Assembly: GCA_964016885.1 (NCBI GenBank)
Contig: OZ024740.1
Location: forward strand, 335,234,001 to 335,298,000
Length of the DNA stretch: 64,000 nucleotides
Direction: 5' to 3'
Source: Eledone cirrhosa
Lineage: Eukaryota
Numbering within the stretch: the first letter of the stretch is position 1; every line of letters begins with the position of its first letter. The notes under the pieces were generated by a model. It was given only the letters and a program-made list of their open reading frames with translations. It was not told the origin of the DNA and made no database searches. Shown piece by piece: positions 27,425 through 44,687 of the stretch. The position numbers and the translations under genes are program-made.

Positions 27425-27610
27425 GGTGGATTGGCAGTATCGGTAGAGGGTCGGATGCCATGCTTTCCAGCATAGTTACGTCCCTTTACGGCCTGAGTTC
27501 AAATCCCGCCGAGGTTAACTTTGCCTTTCATCCTTACGGGGTCGATAAAATAAAGTACCAGTAATGTACTGGGTAATTGATGGCCTTGTGCCAAAAGTGG
27601 AAACAATTAT
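27425..27610 (+). mobile_element. tRNA-type SINE, family A
   Basis: Full-length unit. Confidence 0.88.
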
Positions 27611-28358
27611 ATATATAAACACGCGCGCGCGCGTGTGTGTGTGTTTTATATACATAATTCAATAATAAACACTTTCAAAATCGTGACTTAAGAGCTGTAA
27701 CACTCACAAGAAAGTTTAGGGTCAGGAAGATTGAAATGACTGTAACAATTATCTCAGAAAATGTTCAAGGAAAATAGAGTTAAGTTTCTTGCCTAAGGTC
27801 GCAGCACATTTAGAATAAAATTTTTATAATGGATTGTGACCTCACCACCTCCATTCATGAAGCTTTCGCGTTTATCCTTTCTCATGTAAGCTGGAGCGTG
27901 GTGGTGGTTAAAATAACTTTATCGAATGAATTGGTTTGAACAACCAGTATGCTGACTGGCTGGTTTGCTAGATGGTTGGTAACCATGGTAACACGACTGA
28001 TTTTATTTTAATTTTATTTTTCATTGTTGTTACGTTACTTTATAATCTCTCTATATCACTTTTTTCTGTCTTTTTTCTCTTCTCATTCTCCACATATCCC
28101 CCCACCACAACCACCACACTTCCACTGCTCCCAATCTCTTTCCAAACACTCCTCATTCTTCACCAATGTCCACATCTCTGTCCTCTACTACTTCATGCAT
28201 AAATTTAGTTTGACTTTATTTCTAATCTCCTTCCCTCAGTGTTCTACTATAATAAATATGAGGAAAAACATCAAACTTTCAATCATATTTGATCTTCTTC
28301 AAGGATGCTTTATTTGTAATTAAAAATTTATGATCCGGCAAGCATTATTATTAATATC

Positions 28359-28408
<50 letters not shown>

Positions 28409-30384
28409 GTGTAGTAGGTGTTGTTTATATTTGTTGTTGCTAACAAAAACCAACATCGACACAAAATAGTTTTTTCTCTTCAAAGTAGGAAATAAGGTAA
28501 CTTCAGAAGATTATAAGGTGTATGATTTGTTTATATTGTTGGCCTCGTAGGTGATATTGCACTATTATTTCTGTTTACTGCTGATGTTATTGTTCTTGTT
28601 GTTTGTGGTATTGTCGTCGTTGTTGTTATTTTAATTGGCTTCTAACCAACATTTTTAATGGACTATCTAAATTACTTTGGCGCTTTTCTGCCAAGATCAA
28701 GAAGAAAAAAAATGTCCTAAAACTCGAATATCCTCTCTGAATAAAAGTCATACATACATACATAATTGCATACATACATGCATACTTAAATAATTGCATA
28801 CATACATACATACATACATACGTATGTGCACACATAAGCACATCTATATTCACCCGCCCACTTCTAATACAACATATCAAATATCCTCGCTACTCCACCA
28901 TCATCGCAAATCCTACTAAATCACCAACCTCCTAATAACAAGAACACTGACAAAACATCGAAACCAGAAAAAAGGTAATTAATTTCTCCAATGCATTCTT
29001 GTTAACTATTCAATTTATTACACGTTATTATTTTTTAAATACCGTTTGAAATATCGACTACCAAAGATAAGAACGCTATTAAAGGTGTTCACGTTGATAC
29101 GATAGAAAGAAAAAAAAAACAATATACTTTCATCAATGAGACCAGCTCCTGCCAAGTTATATATTTTTAATAATGAGTGTGCAATTTTTGAATATAAAAT
29201 ATGTACTGCCAATGTTAGTCTTATTTTTTTTGCTATAAGATAATGCATTATTATGTATTCAAAATTTAGGTTTCAAGCAATATCTTTTCCTTTCAAGTGC
29301 GTCATCAACATATTATGAACCACCGAGGGTTAAACGATGTAAATCTTTATGCAGTCGATAAATCTGCTAAAAATAGCAGTTAAATCTCTTTTCATTTACA
29401 TTTTATTGTTTTAAGAATATAAAAACATATTGTATGATATTGTCCTAGGTTACATAGTTATTAATCATGGATCAGGGCTAATCAACAGTAACGCGAATAT
29501 CATTAATACATATTGGGGTGAAACATCAACAAATAGCTACCGAAGGAACTTCTATGTGGCTACTTGATCTACTAGGAATACCAACACGCCTTTAAATCAC
29601 ACTCTGTTAACATACGTTAAAAGAAGCCATTCTTATAAAATTCAGAGGCGCACTATAAACAATCGAATAGAATTCAATGAGCCTCAGTAAATGATTGTAT
29701 TACAGAGGTATATATAATACGCACTCTCTCTCATTTTCTCTTTGGCCACTTCCTTCTCTATCCTTAATCTTTCATTTGTTCTCTGAAGGAATTGCTAGAA
29801 TTTAATGAGGACTTGTGCCTATTATTGAAGCATGAATTATTATCTCCCTTTTTCTGTTTAATCCATACAGTCGCTATGCTCGCTATGCATCACATTACAG
29901 CACCTGACCAAATTCGATCACACTGAAGCCCAGTGGAACAGAATGACAGACCCAAAATGCCTTCCTTATTATATTTTCTTTTAAATCATTCATGATTCGG
30001 GAAGGTATTGTAATGGAGATTCAAAGACAATATCATTTTCGTATTCTTTGCCTACTATGGAAAAGTTGTATTTTACCAGAAAATATCAGAACCAATAAAA
30101 TATTTCCTAACTTACCATTTCAATTTCTTTGTTATAGCTACTCTTTCTCTCTCTCCCTCACACACACTACATACACACACATACACACACACACATACAC
30201 ACACAAACACAAACATGCACTACCCCCACCCACCATATATATACACAGAGTGCCCCCCCCCCAAAAAAAAAATATATATATTCATTCTTCAACAGCATTC
30301 TAATAAATATTGCCTGTACAAGTAATCAAAGTGTGTATACATTTTGTGGGACACACTGTATCTATATATATATAGCATCACATA

Positions 30385-30425
30385 TAGAAGATCCCGTTAA
30401 GGGTGAAAGCAGCGATTCTTGGCTT
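30385..30425 (+). ncRNA. Decayed hammerhead motif
   Basis: tagaaga-tccc gttaa gggt-GAAA-gc..gc-TT in a short TA-flanked island. Confidence 0.35.
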
Positions 30426-30537
30426 AATCTTTAATCTGTTATTTTAATAAATATTTGCTCTACGGTTCTTATATATTTGATAAATATTTATCCTTATCGA
30501 GCCCTCTTTGGATTTTAGTCTTCAAATTTATTGTTAT

Positions 30538-30574
<37 letters not shown>

Positions 30575-30723
30575 AAAGTTTTATTTAAAATTGTTGGGTT
30601 ACAACAAGTAAATATTTTATAACTGATATAAAGCACTCGACAAGTTTTTGGAGTAGATATACGATATTAAACAAATGGAAACTATATTTATAAAACCATA
30701 TTTATTTCATTATACATATTTCG

Positions 30724-30790
<67 letters not shown>

Positions 30791-31735
30791 ATGGAGAAAT
30801 TGAAAGAAAAGAAGAGAACGAGTGAGTAATACGCAGATAATTATGCTTGCAATATATCAAGAAATAATTAATCTGAAGCCATATAGATATTTTCAAGTAA
30901 TAGAACAGTGGGCGTTAATTAATGTCATCACGAAAGCATGTATAGTCAACGTTCTCTCACAATAATTAATCATTTCCCTGAAGATGAAAATCATCCATGC
31001 AATATTGTAAATAAATTATACGTAAAGCTTCCTAGATTAGAACTTTTTTTTCATAATTATCTGGGTTCCAAAATTAGTAAAATCATTCACATACATTCCT
31101 TCAATAATATCTTATCTTTGAGAAGCTAAATTGTTTCCAATTTATATATAAATGTATACAGTGAGTTTTCTCTCTTATCACCATAATCATACATAGCATC
31201 TCTACCGTTCTTATAATCATTGTCATCAGCATCACAGTGAATTAATGTTTTTAAAACTGGTTCTAATACGGTATGAGTACGACATAACGCAATCCATTTT
31301 CGATTCTCAATGTCTTGACATGGAATCTCACCATGTTTTTCTTTGCTCAATTTCATTCTACAAGCAAACGAAGGACATGTGGTCATGTGGCCTACTAGAA
31401 GTAAGATCCAAATTTTCTCAAATCTCATTATTATTTTGAAAATATGGAACAATAGGCAATATAGTTCTACACATTAAAAAGGGAGTAGTAGTAACAGCTG
31501 AAGGTGCTATGACTATCACAGCTGAAAGCGCTATGACTATCTATGTTTGCTCTATCCCATCTGACCGGGAGTTAAATAACATCTCAATATACAAGGCAAC
31601 ATTCCAATAAAGTCACCTCTCCTATACATATTTTGCTAGTTTATATACCTGTAGTGTTTGTCTGTGTGAGACAGCGTGCGAAAATGTGTGTGTGTCTGTT
31701 TGAGGATATCTTGAGCTTGTTGATAGCATTATGAA

Positions 31736-31803
31736 TCGATAAAATAAAGTACCAGTAATGCACTGGGTAATTGCTGGCCTTGTGCCTAAAGTAGAAACAA
31801 TTA
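31736..31803 (+). mobile_element. SINE family A, 3' fragment
   Basis: tcgataaaataaagtaccagtaatgcactggg..gtagaaacaatt. Confidence 0.8.
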
Positions 31804-32780
31804 TGAATTGAGCGGTCTTTATTTTTCTTTTGTCAGTTTAGGTATTCCTTTTTATGTCATTTGGGGAGAGTATCCATTCTTCTTTATGGCTGGGGTGACT
31901 ACATTATAGCATAAACATCCGATGATATCTCCTTTTTATTCCTGGCTAAATTATAACTTCACAAAAGCGCACATATTTCTCGTAATCTCTGCTTTCAAAT
32001 ATACTATAGTAATTTCTAACACTGACAATGTTGCAAATCAACAAAACTAATATTTTATTACATAAATATGTGTTCAGTGACCGGTTATAATTAAATCATG
32101 TATTGATTTCTTTTTCCGGTTCCGCTCAACGTTTTCAATGAACATTTGTATATAGCACGCTGGTTTCTACATTCAGGAAAAGCAATAGCGCAGTGGAAAC
32201 TTCCACTGATGAAGACTTAATGCATTTCCAGGTTGTTTCACGACCAATGAATAATGCCAGATAACTTCAAATATCACTTCCTATTCACAACATTTAATTC
32301 TACTGTTATTATTTCTGAAGCAACTTAGGATTGGAATTATATAAACCTGACGAAGGGCAGTAACCAACAGTCAAAAAATTGACGACACATTCCATGATCG
32401 CGCCGAAATAGATTAAATACTGGATCTACTGTATAACAGCCAAGAGACAAAAAGTACAGAGTATAATAGGAACCTAGGGACCTGCAACTGAAGACAATCG
32501 GAAGAATGTCCTAAATGGAAAGTGTATTTTCAACAACGTGAAGATCCGTGTCAACATATACCGATGACGTCAACACAGTGGTGTCAATCAGCAAACCCAC
32601 TGAGTTGATCGGCACCGCTCTAGGAGTATACGAAGCGATAAGTGCAAAAAATAAACAGGAAAAGTCGATGGGTTTGCGGCTCGGCACCTAGAGAGGAAAA
32701 TCCATGCCGCTAAATATAGAAGTAGTAATAGTAGTGGTGGTGGTGGTGGTAGCAGCAGCAGCAGCAGCAATAGCAGCACC

Positions 32781-32836
<56 letters not shown>

Positions 32837-33743
32837 GCTTATGTTCATGTATATATCTCATACTTCACCTATTCCATTTTCCTCTCAAAACTTCCCACAA
32901 TTATAAGCAGCGACAGTACTCAGTATGAATCTGTTGATGTGGATATATGTTCTGCCATATCAATTGTATGCATATATGTAGGGGTGCATATTCATATTCC
33001 TTCCCGCAATTATTATTAGAAACCATGCTGTTACTGTTAAACGATTAGTATTACTTGTAATATCATTGATACTACTATCAAGATCATTTGTTATATGAAA
33101 GGGATAATTAACAATATGATTCTTCTTACAATCATACCTTTATGGTTGATATTTTCGGGATTACTAACAAAACTAATGATGCTACAAAGGTTGTTACTGG
33201 TGGTCATCAATAATTAATTATCGTTAAAACACTTACCATCACATTAATAACAGTTATTAAAACTGTTATCGTATTATTAATACTCTAACTACTATTACCT
33301 TTAATAAATATTTTTGTGGGAACAATAGTTGCTCCTCAAAGAATTATCTAAACCGCAAATGTGTATGTGATCAACATTTAGCCTGGAAATGCATCTGGCA
33401 TTCACCCAGAAGGCAAACTCTCCGACCAGTCCAGACATCGAGCACATTTACTTGTATTATTTATTGGATTTACTGGCAGATAGGGACATTAAGTTTGGCA
33501 AGACCTAATATCGCAAATATAAAAGAGAAAAGGAGGTTAAATTACGATGATGGGTCTATGTGCTAGCTAATAAAACTCCTAGAATAATAAGTTCCCGCAA
33601 AAGTTATTAAAAAGATAAGTATATATAGTGTATTTTGCAATACAGTGTATGCTTAATTAAAAACATTTTGAAGACATTACGCTATTGTTTTAAAGTAGTG
33701 ACAATGTCACTTACTTCTATTTTCAGCAAACAAGGGGAGATAA

Positions 33744-33908
33744 ACTGACAGAGCTCTGTTTCGTACTTATCAAAGCTCAACACTCCTCCTGAAAATTATG
33801 AATGTTGGATTCTTATAGAATTCCAGTAATAATCAGGAACTGATTATACAGAGCGGTTGCCGGTCCAGCAAAAATTGAAAATTAGAGCTTTGATAAGTAC
33901 CAACAAGT
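33744..33908 (-). ncRNA. Decayed hammerhead with ~138-nt stem II
   Basis: Perfect 16-bp helix 33763-33778/33885-33900, then GAAA-cag agct ctg-TC-agt on the minus strand; the CUGANGA position reads ttgttg. Confidence 0.55.
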
Positions 33909-34489
33909 AGGATATATATGTATCGCTATTTCAGAGCACCAATTTTAATTTTTAAAAAGATATAATTAACTTTAAACTACATTTCGGGGGAAATGGTTTC
34001 CTACAATGAAATCTGGCTAGCTATTTCATATACAAATCGGATGTAGACATGGTACTACTAAGTAAGATGATGAATTCATCTTCTACTAACCTGAATCTAA
34101 CCAAAGGTTTTACACAAAATATGACGTCCTTCACACGAGCAACTTCATGGTTTGATTATATCCAAATTATCCAATTAAAAACTTATCAAACTGGTATATA
34201 TATATTTACACCCTTTCTAAACGTAGCATGTGCCAGTATATACTATTTATAGATGGGTAATAATACGTGTGCAATGAATAGACCATTTCGTCAGTAATTT
34301 TTCTTCCGGTCAAGTGCGTAAGAACACATCATGTGCACGGAATTAAAGATGTTTAAGTACGATACAGAGATATTCTCCAAGAAAATCTCCAAAGGGGGAA
34401 CAAAATCCCGGAACTCTAAAGAAGTGTACGGAATCAGAAAAATACACAGACCCCTGTACGTAGAAATAATTGTAAGGGATCCTAATAAA

Positions 34490-34679
34490 TAATTGTTTCT
34501 ACTTTTTGGCACAAGGCCAGCAATTATCCCAGTGTATTACTGGTACTTCATTTTATCGACCTCGTAAGGATGAAAGGTAAAGTTAACCTCGGCGGGATTT
34601 GAACTCAGAATGGCAAGGGCCGTAACACTATACGTCAAAGCATGGCGTCCGACCCTCTACTGATACTGCCAAATCCACC
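34490..34679 (-). mobile_element. tRNA-type SINE, family A
   Basis: Same unit. Confidence 0.85.
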
Positions 34680-34880
34680 GATCCTAATGAATAATCGTTT
34701 ATAAACTCCATCGCGTTATGATAATTTTAAGTTCTGTAAAGTGAACACGCGGAAATACTCGGATGCAATCATGTATAAACAACAGAGGCCGAATTTTTTT
34801 AAAGTATTAAGAAGTAACTATTTTCATAAGCTAAGCACTTCTAAACGCGTTTAATATATATATATAAATATATATATATA

Positions 34881-34992
<112 letters not shown>

Positions 34993-35225
34993 CGTGCGCG
35001 CGCGTACATATATATATAAACATATACAGTTATCTTCATATATGTATGTCTGTGTGTGTGTTTAATGGATTGTAACCTTACTTTACTGTTGGTTCACCAA
35101 CTTGAGCAATCGATGAATAGGTGGGTCCATTTAAGTGCAGTACGTGGAATTGGACATGTATGTTATATTATGGTCGCTTTCCTTCATAAGAAGAGTGTAT
35201 TTTTAATAGTAAGTTAACAAATCCA

Positions 35226-35316
35226 AGAGTCTGATGAGCAATTGATTCCAGTGCCAGGCCCGATCGATACAGATCAAACCTTAAGCTGATCATTCGCGAA
35301 ATGCGTGTTTCGCCTG
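35226..35316 (+). ncRNA. Decayed hammerhead with ~60-nt stem II
   Basis: CTGATGA 35231-35237, gcaattgat../..atcattcgc, GAAA 35298-35301, gcg tgttt cgc, then aataaa; cleavage site and stem I eroded. Confidence 0.45.
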
Positions 35317-35467
35317 AATAAACTTAATGATGATACTCTGACATATTGCTCCTACATATTATTAATATATATATATATATACATATATATAATATTTATA
35401 CTCTGCTATGCATCCTACTTACTGTGGTTACCCCCGATTGAACCCGGGATAAACATATATATATATA

Positions 35468-38450
35468 TCATCATCATCATCATCATCATCAACGTTTAAC
35501 GTCCGTGTTCCATGCTTGCATGGGTTTGGACGGGGGTAGTCCCACTTGAGGCAAGAGTGATTGTCTTGCTCGCATAGGACTGTCTGGCAGGTTTTCTACA
35601 GTTGGATGCCCTTCCTAACACCAACCACATTTACAGTGTGGGTCTGGGAGGTTTTTACCGTGTTGCCTACACGGCCACATTACAGCGTGGACTGTGTGTT
35701 TTTTTGTCGTGACACCTACACGATCTCATTTGTTTCGGCCTCGATGGCGCGGCACCAACATAACTTTACATAGAACGGGGTGGTGTGGATCGGGTGGGGG
35801 TGGTGGTGGTGGGACGGGGTGTATTTTGTTAGAGATGCCTACTGGCTGGAGTAGGTTTTACTATATATTTAGGTAAGGCGGGTCTTCTCTGTTACTGAGT
35901 ACCGCCAAAGGTCTCGGTCCAGTGACATTGTCTTGGAGAGGTGTAAGTGTGTGATGTCGGAGTTTATCAGCTCGTCCCAGGTTTTTCTAGGTCTGCCTAT
36001 TCCGTGACTACCGTCTATCTTTATTGCCCTGCACTTTGTTATACAGCTATCGACTTTCATGCGCATCACGTGTCCATACCAACGTAGCCTTCTCTCGAGT
36101 AAACAACATCTGATCCCTCTTATCTCTAATTTTTTCCTTAGTTCGTTTATGCTTTGCCGTTCACGTATATTACTGTTACACATCCAGCGGAGCATGCAAG
36201 CTTCGTTCCTCTCTAGTCTGCGTATATCCTCTGCACACAATGCCCAGGTCTCACTGCCATGCAGCATTGCTGTTCGTATGCAGGCATCGTACAACCTGCC
36301 TTTCATTTTTAGTGAGAACCCTTTAGCAGCTAATAGTGGTATAAGCTCTCTGAACTTTTTCCAACCAGTTCTGACTCTAGCTACAGTACTTTCAGAGCAC
36401 CCTCCCCCACTGCTGATTTTATCGCCCAGGTAACGGAAGCTGTCCACTATTTCTATAGAACCCTCTGCGCAATTGAAAGAGCTAGTAGTTTGTGGGCACT
36501 TGCTGCTACTTATTGCACCAGAGCACCGGCCACATGTAAAATCTATGTTCTTAGTTAGCTTACCTGTGATCCCACTACATCTTTTATGCACCCATACTTT
36601 GCATTTAGGACATAAAATGGAGTTTCTACCTACGCCTTTCCTACACACCGAGCACGACCATTTCCCAGAAGGGACCCCCGCCTTGTTTTCTTTCCTACAA
36701 ACTAGTACTTTGGTCTTAGCCAGGTTAATTTTAAGTCCTTTTGACTCTAGGCCGTGCTTCCATGTTTGGAATTTCTTCTCTAGCTCGGCCATTGATTCCG
36801 CTATGAGTGTCAGGTCGTCTGCGTATAGGAGTTCCCATGGGCAGCCTGTCTTGAACTCCTCTGTTATAGCCTGAAGGGCAATAATAAATAGTAGTGGACT
36901 GAGAACAGAGCTCTGATGGACGCCAACTTTTACGCTAAACTCTTCACTATATTCGTTGTTAATTCTAACCTTGCTGACTGTTTCTTTATACATGGCTTGT
37001 ATAGCCCTCACAAGCCATTCGTCAACGCCTAGTTTTCTAAGAGCCCACCAGATAATGGAGCGGGGGACTCTGTCGAAGGCTTTCTCCAAGTCGACAAAAG
37101 CTAAGTAGAGGGGTTTACCTTTAGCTAGGTACTTCTCCTGTAGTTGTCGTACTATGAAAAGAGCGTCTGTGGTACTTTTGCCTGACACAAACCCGAACTG
37201 CATTTCATCTAGGTCAATTCTCTCTCTGATTAGTTGCGCTATTACTTTTTCCGTGACCTTCATGACCTGGTCGATTAATTTAATGCCTCTATAGTTACTC
37301 CTATCTAGGGCGTCTCCTTTACCCTTATAACAGTTAACGATGATGCTGCTATGCCAGTCCTTCGGAACAACCCCATTCTGTACGACTTGGTTAACTATGC
37401 GGGTGACCATGGTGTGTCCCACCGTGCCAGATGCCTTCAGCATCTCAGCAACTATTTCCGAAGGCCCAGCCGCCTTACCAGTCTTCATATCCTTGATTGC
37501 CTTACTTATTATACTCCCCTCGACTAACACTGCTGGTCCCTCTATTGGGTCGATATGGGGGAGACTGCCTTTCTCCCAATTATTCTCCTCATTTAGTAGC
37601 CTTTCATAGTGACACTTCCAAGCTACCTTCTTATCAGCGTCGGTGATGGCAAGTGTGCCATCGTCGTTTAGTACACACTTCTCCCCGACAATATCACGGT
37701 TTTCCTTGACGCATTGCCTAGCAATCCTGAACACCTCACGTTTTTGGTCATCGCGTTGTAGAACATGCTTGAACTTTCTTTCCTCAGCTTCCCTTCTTGC
37801 TAAGTACACTTGTCTCCTAGCTTCCCTCCTGGCCACTTGATAGTCCTCTCTACTTCCCCATCCTGCCATACTTTCCAAGCCTGCTTTTTGGCCTTAATTA
37901 ACCCCTCCACCTTACTGTTCCACCACCATGTTACTCTCCTCCTGCCTACAGGCCTGCTCCAGCCACAGACCTCGTCTGTCGCCAACAGCAGGTTTGCTTT
38001 CAGAAATTCCCACTCTCCCTCTATATTGTCCGACTCTAAATGTTCTTCCTTACTGTCGAAAGCATCAAGTAATATGCTTTGAAATTTATTCCTGGCTGTG
38101 GGGTCCTTTAGCTTCCATATTTTCCTCCTGAGGATAGTCCTCTTCTGTTGTCGAGTACGTCTCGTCCTGACTATGAGGTCGCTAATTATCAGTCTATGTT
38201 GGGAGGTGCATTCTTCATGGGGGAGGGATTTAGTGTTAACAACAGACACTCTGTCACGTCTTCTGGTAAGGATATAATCTACCTGGCTTGTGTGTTCCCC
38301 GGATCTATAGGTGATCAGGTGATTGTCACGTTTTTTGAAGTTAGTGTTACAGATAGTTAGGTTATTTGCATCACAGAATTCCAGGATTCTGGCGCCTTCC
38401 TCATTTCTAGTACCAAACCCATAGCCTCCATGGATTTCGTCGTAGCCGTC

Positions 38451-38452
<2 letters not shown>
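35468..38452 (-). mobile_element. RTE-clade LINE, 5'-truncated, (GAT)n tail, inserted in (TA)n
   Basis: APE C-terminal motifs (SQVDYIL, SQHRLI) and an RT ORF; tail at 35468-35490. Confidence 0.92.
35869..38452 (-). pseudogene. RTE APE-RT ORF with a single frameshift near 37860
   Basis: QFGF, DLEKAFD, HQSS (for QGS), YADD, YLG. KQAWKVWQDG in one frame continues as GSREDYQ in another. Confidence 0.88.
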
Positions 38453-38525
<73 letters not shown>

Positions 38526-40218
38526 TAGTAACCATGTTATACGACAAGTGTACACTTAAATTTTTTAGCATGGTATTTTCTCAGTTTAGCTTCCATAGAG
38601 CGTTCACACATTACCAGAAGCAGGTACAAATCAGTTAATTTTGCAACTCGGTAGATATTATCTTCCTAGTTTAGGCTCAGTTTTACCCAATCACCCAACA
38701 CATTAATCGGAAAACCAAAATATATTTACTTTTTAAAACCACAACCTGCGCATATATTTTAATATTCAGAACTGGTGTGAAAGTGTTTTCATTCCCATAT
38801 CTGTACGTTATCGGCATTAAATGTCCATTTTTCTCTTTCTTTACAAATATTATACAATAACGTAAAATGCACACTTTAACACATTTTGGAACGACTAGTT
38901 GGCAGTGACAGGTTTGTCGCTCCGAACAATAATATCTCTATTCTAGATATTGACTGCTTGTAGAGAATGTTGATAATAGATTTTTTTACCTCAGTCCATA
39001 AGAATGAATGTGTTGAAATTTCATGAATACAATCACATTGCTGAAATCACCACGTTTTCTTCTATGAACAATACTACAATACCACCATCAACTAATCACA
39101 AGAGAGCGGTTATATGACCCTTGACCTATGTTCCTTTACACCTATTTACTCTATAGCGCTTTCACTTAAAGGTATTCATCTTGGTAGATGTTCGTTCTCG
39201 TGCTAAACTTTATATATTTCCTCCAGTAAATGTATTCTGCAGTAACTCCCCCATCAACGATTTATCGTAAGCATATCGATTTGTACAATGCACATAAGGC
39301 AGCAGATTTATAAGTCAATAGAAATAAGAGGGTATAATACTTGAATCCTTTTAAGAAATATTGACAAGGTAAGTGAAGATATAATTCCCGGCGCTAATAT
39401 ATAATATTTGTGCAGGGAAATTAATTATTAAGTGGTACAACATCCACTCCCATTTCGTATCATTTAGGGAAATATTTTCGATCGGAATGAAATCAAATGC
39501 TCTCAACGTTTCTATAAATATTACCCATTATCTATAAGGTACCCGATCTATATTTATAACTAAGCACACTTTCTATACAACTAGTATCGAAATCAAGCCA
39601 TATCCACTCGCTTCCCAGTCTTTTCACCAATGTTCAACCATAAGTATTCCAATGAGAAGAGATGTCTTGTTAATATTATAAAAGGCTCAAATGCAGCGGA
39701 GTGCTACGATCACTAGAGCATCGAACAGAATATTCTATGGTACGTAATTACAAGCTTCTATATACAGAATGCAAATCCTGCCAATGTCAAATTTGCTTTA
39801 AATCATACTGCTATCAATAAATAAAGTAGCAGTCAAGTACTGTAGTCGATTTAATCATTTACCAAACTTTCTAATCTTGTACCAATGTTAAAAATTAGTA
39901 ATAATACGACACATTAATTTAATAATAATTGATGTTGATATTGCTCTCCCAAAATAAAACGGGGCTTCTTATTTAATCACCTCCAATTCTGACCTAATTG
40001 AATTGCAAACTATTTTAATCATCCTGACAATTCTTTTCACAATTACATTATCAGCAGCAGCCTCATTCCTCACCATCCTCATCATCATCCCTGTCACTTC
40101 TACCTAAGTAATTTGTGAAAACCTGAGGACGCAAATGCATATGGGCTTGTACCCTCACACATATATGTATGCACATAGATGTTACATCTGTTCATCTCCT
40201 AGATCTCTCTCTCTCTCT

Positions 40219-40272
<54 letters not shown>

Positions 40273-40279
40273 ATGTATG

Positions 40280-41741
<1,462 letters not shown>

Positions 41742-42037
41742 CAATAAAGTATGTCCATAGAATCATCTGATAAGATATATACACCATCTCCTCTCCCAAT
41801 CAGCATAATAAACCACACAAAAAAAAACAATTAACCCAGGCTATAAGATTTATAGGCACCTATGAGGAAATAATAGATAAATAAACGACAGCCATCTATT
41901 CGCGATCAACAGCTATAGAATATTTACCCAGCATTTTAATAGCACATGGAAATCGTTTAAATATATTGTCAACCATACATAATTAGGTATAAAATTAAAG
42001 TTAGAAGAAAAAATGTATATAAACATACCAAGATTAC

Positions 42038-42119
42038 GTTTATACCCCATTGGGTTTCTTTCGCTTTTGGGAATATCCGATCAAGGATAAATTCACGAGC
42101 ATCGAAATCATCAGGAAAC
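42038..42119 (-). ncRNA. Type I hammerhead with ~50-nt stem II
   Basis: gtttc-CTGATGA-tttcg..tatcc ttgatc ggata..cgaaa-GAAA-ccc aatg ggg-TA-taaac. Confidence 0.7.
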
Positions 42120-42303
42120 AAACTCACTTGGATGAAGATTTTTCTTAAATGATCCCCGCCAGAAACGAATTCAAAATAGCTAAGAACTGTGACGTGGCAG
42201 TGGTCAAGTCAGAAAGAATGTGATTGGTGCCTTACGGCGAGTGGGCTGGTTGCTAGAAACCGCAGCCTAATATTGCCTAAATTGCATCTCAACCTTATGG
42301 GAG

Positions 42304-42424
<121 letters not shown>

Positions 42425-42559
42425 ACAGATATGAAATCTATATGCACATATATATATATGTGAGGGTACAAGCTCGTATGCATTTGCATCCTCTTGTATG
42501 GGATAAGGCGCACATTTGAGATTATCTCAAAAATGACATTGTTAGTTTGAAATGTTATA

Positions 42560-42732
<173 letters not shown>

Positions 42733-42788
42733 TATACATGTGTGTGTGTTTATGTGTGTGTATGTGTAATTATATATATATATACATA

Positions 42789-44687
<1,899 letters not shown>

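Noticed and set aside
27425-27510. tRNA gene
   Set aside because: A/B-box-like head continues into a repeated SINE body; no cloverleaf.
31495-31542. 24-bp direct duplication (cagctgaa..gctatgactatc)
   Set aside because: Simple local tandem duplication with no further structure.
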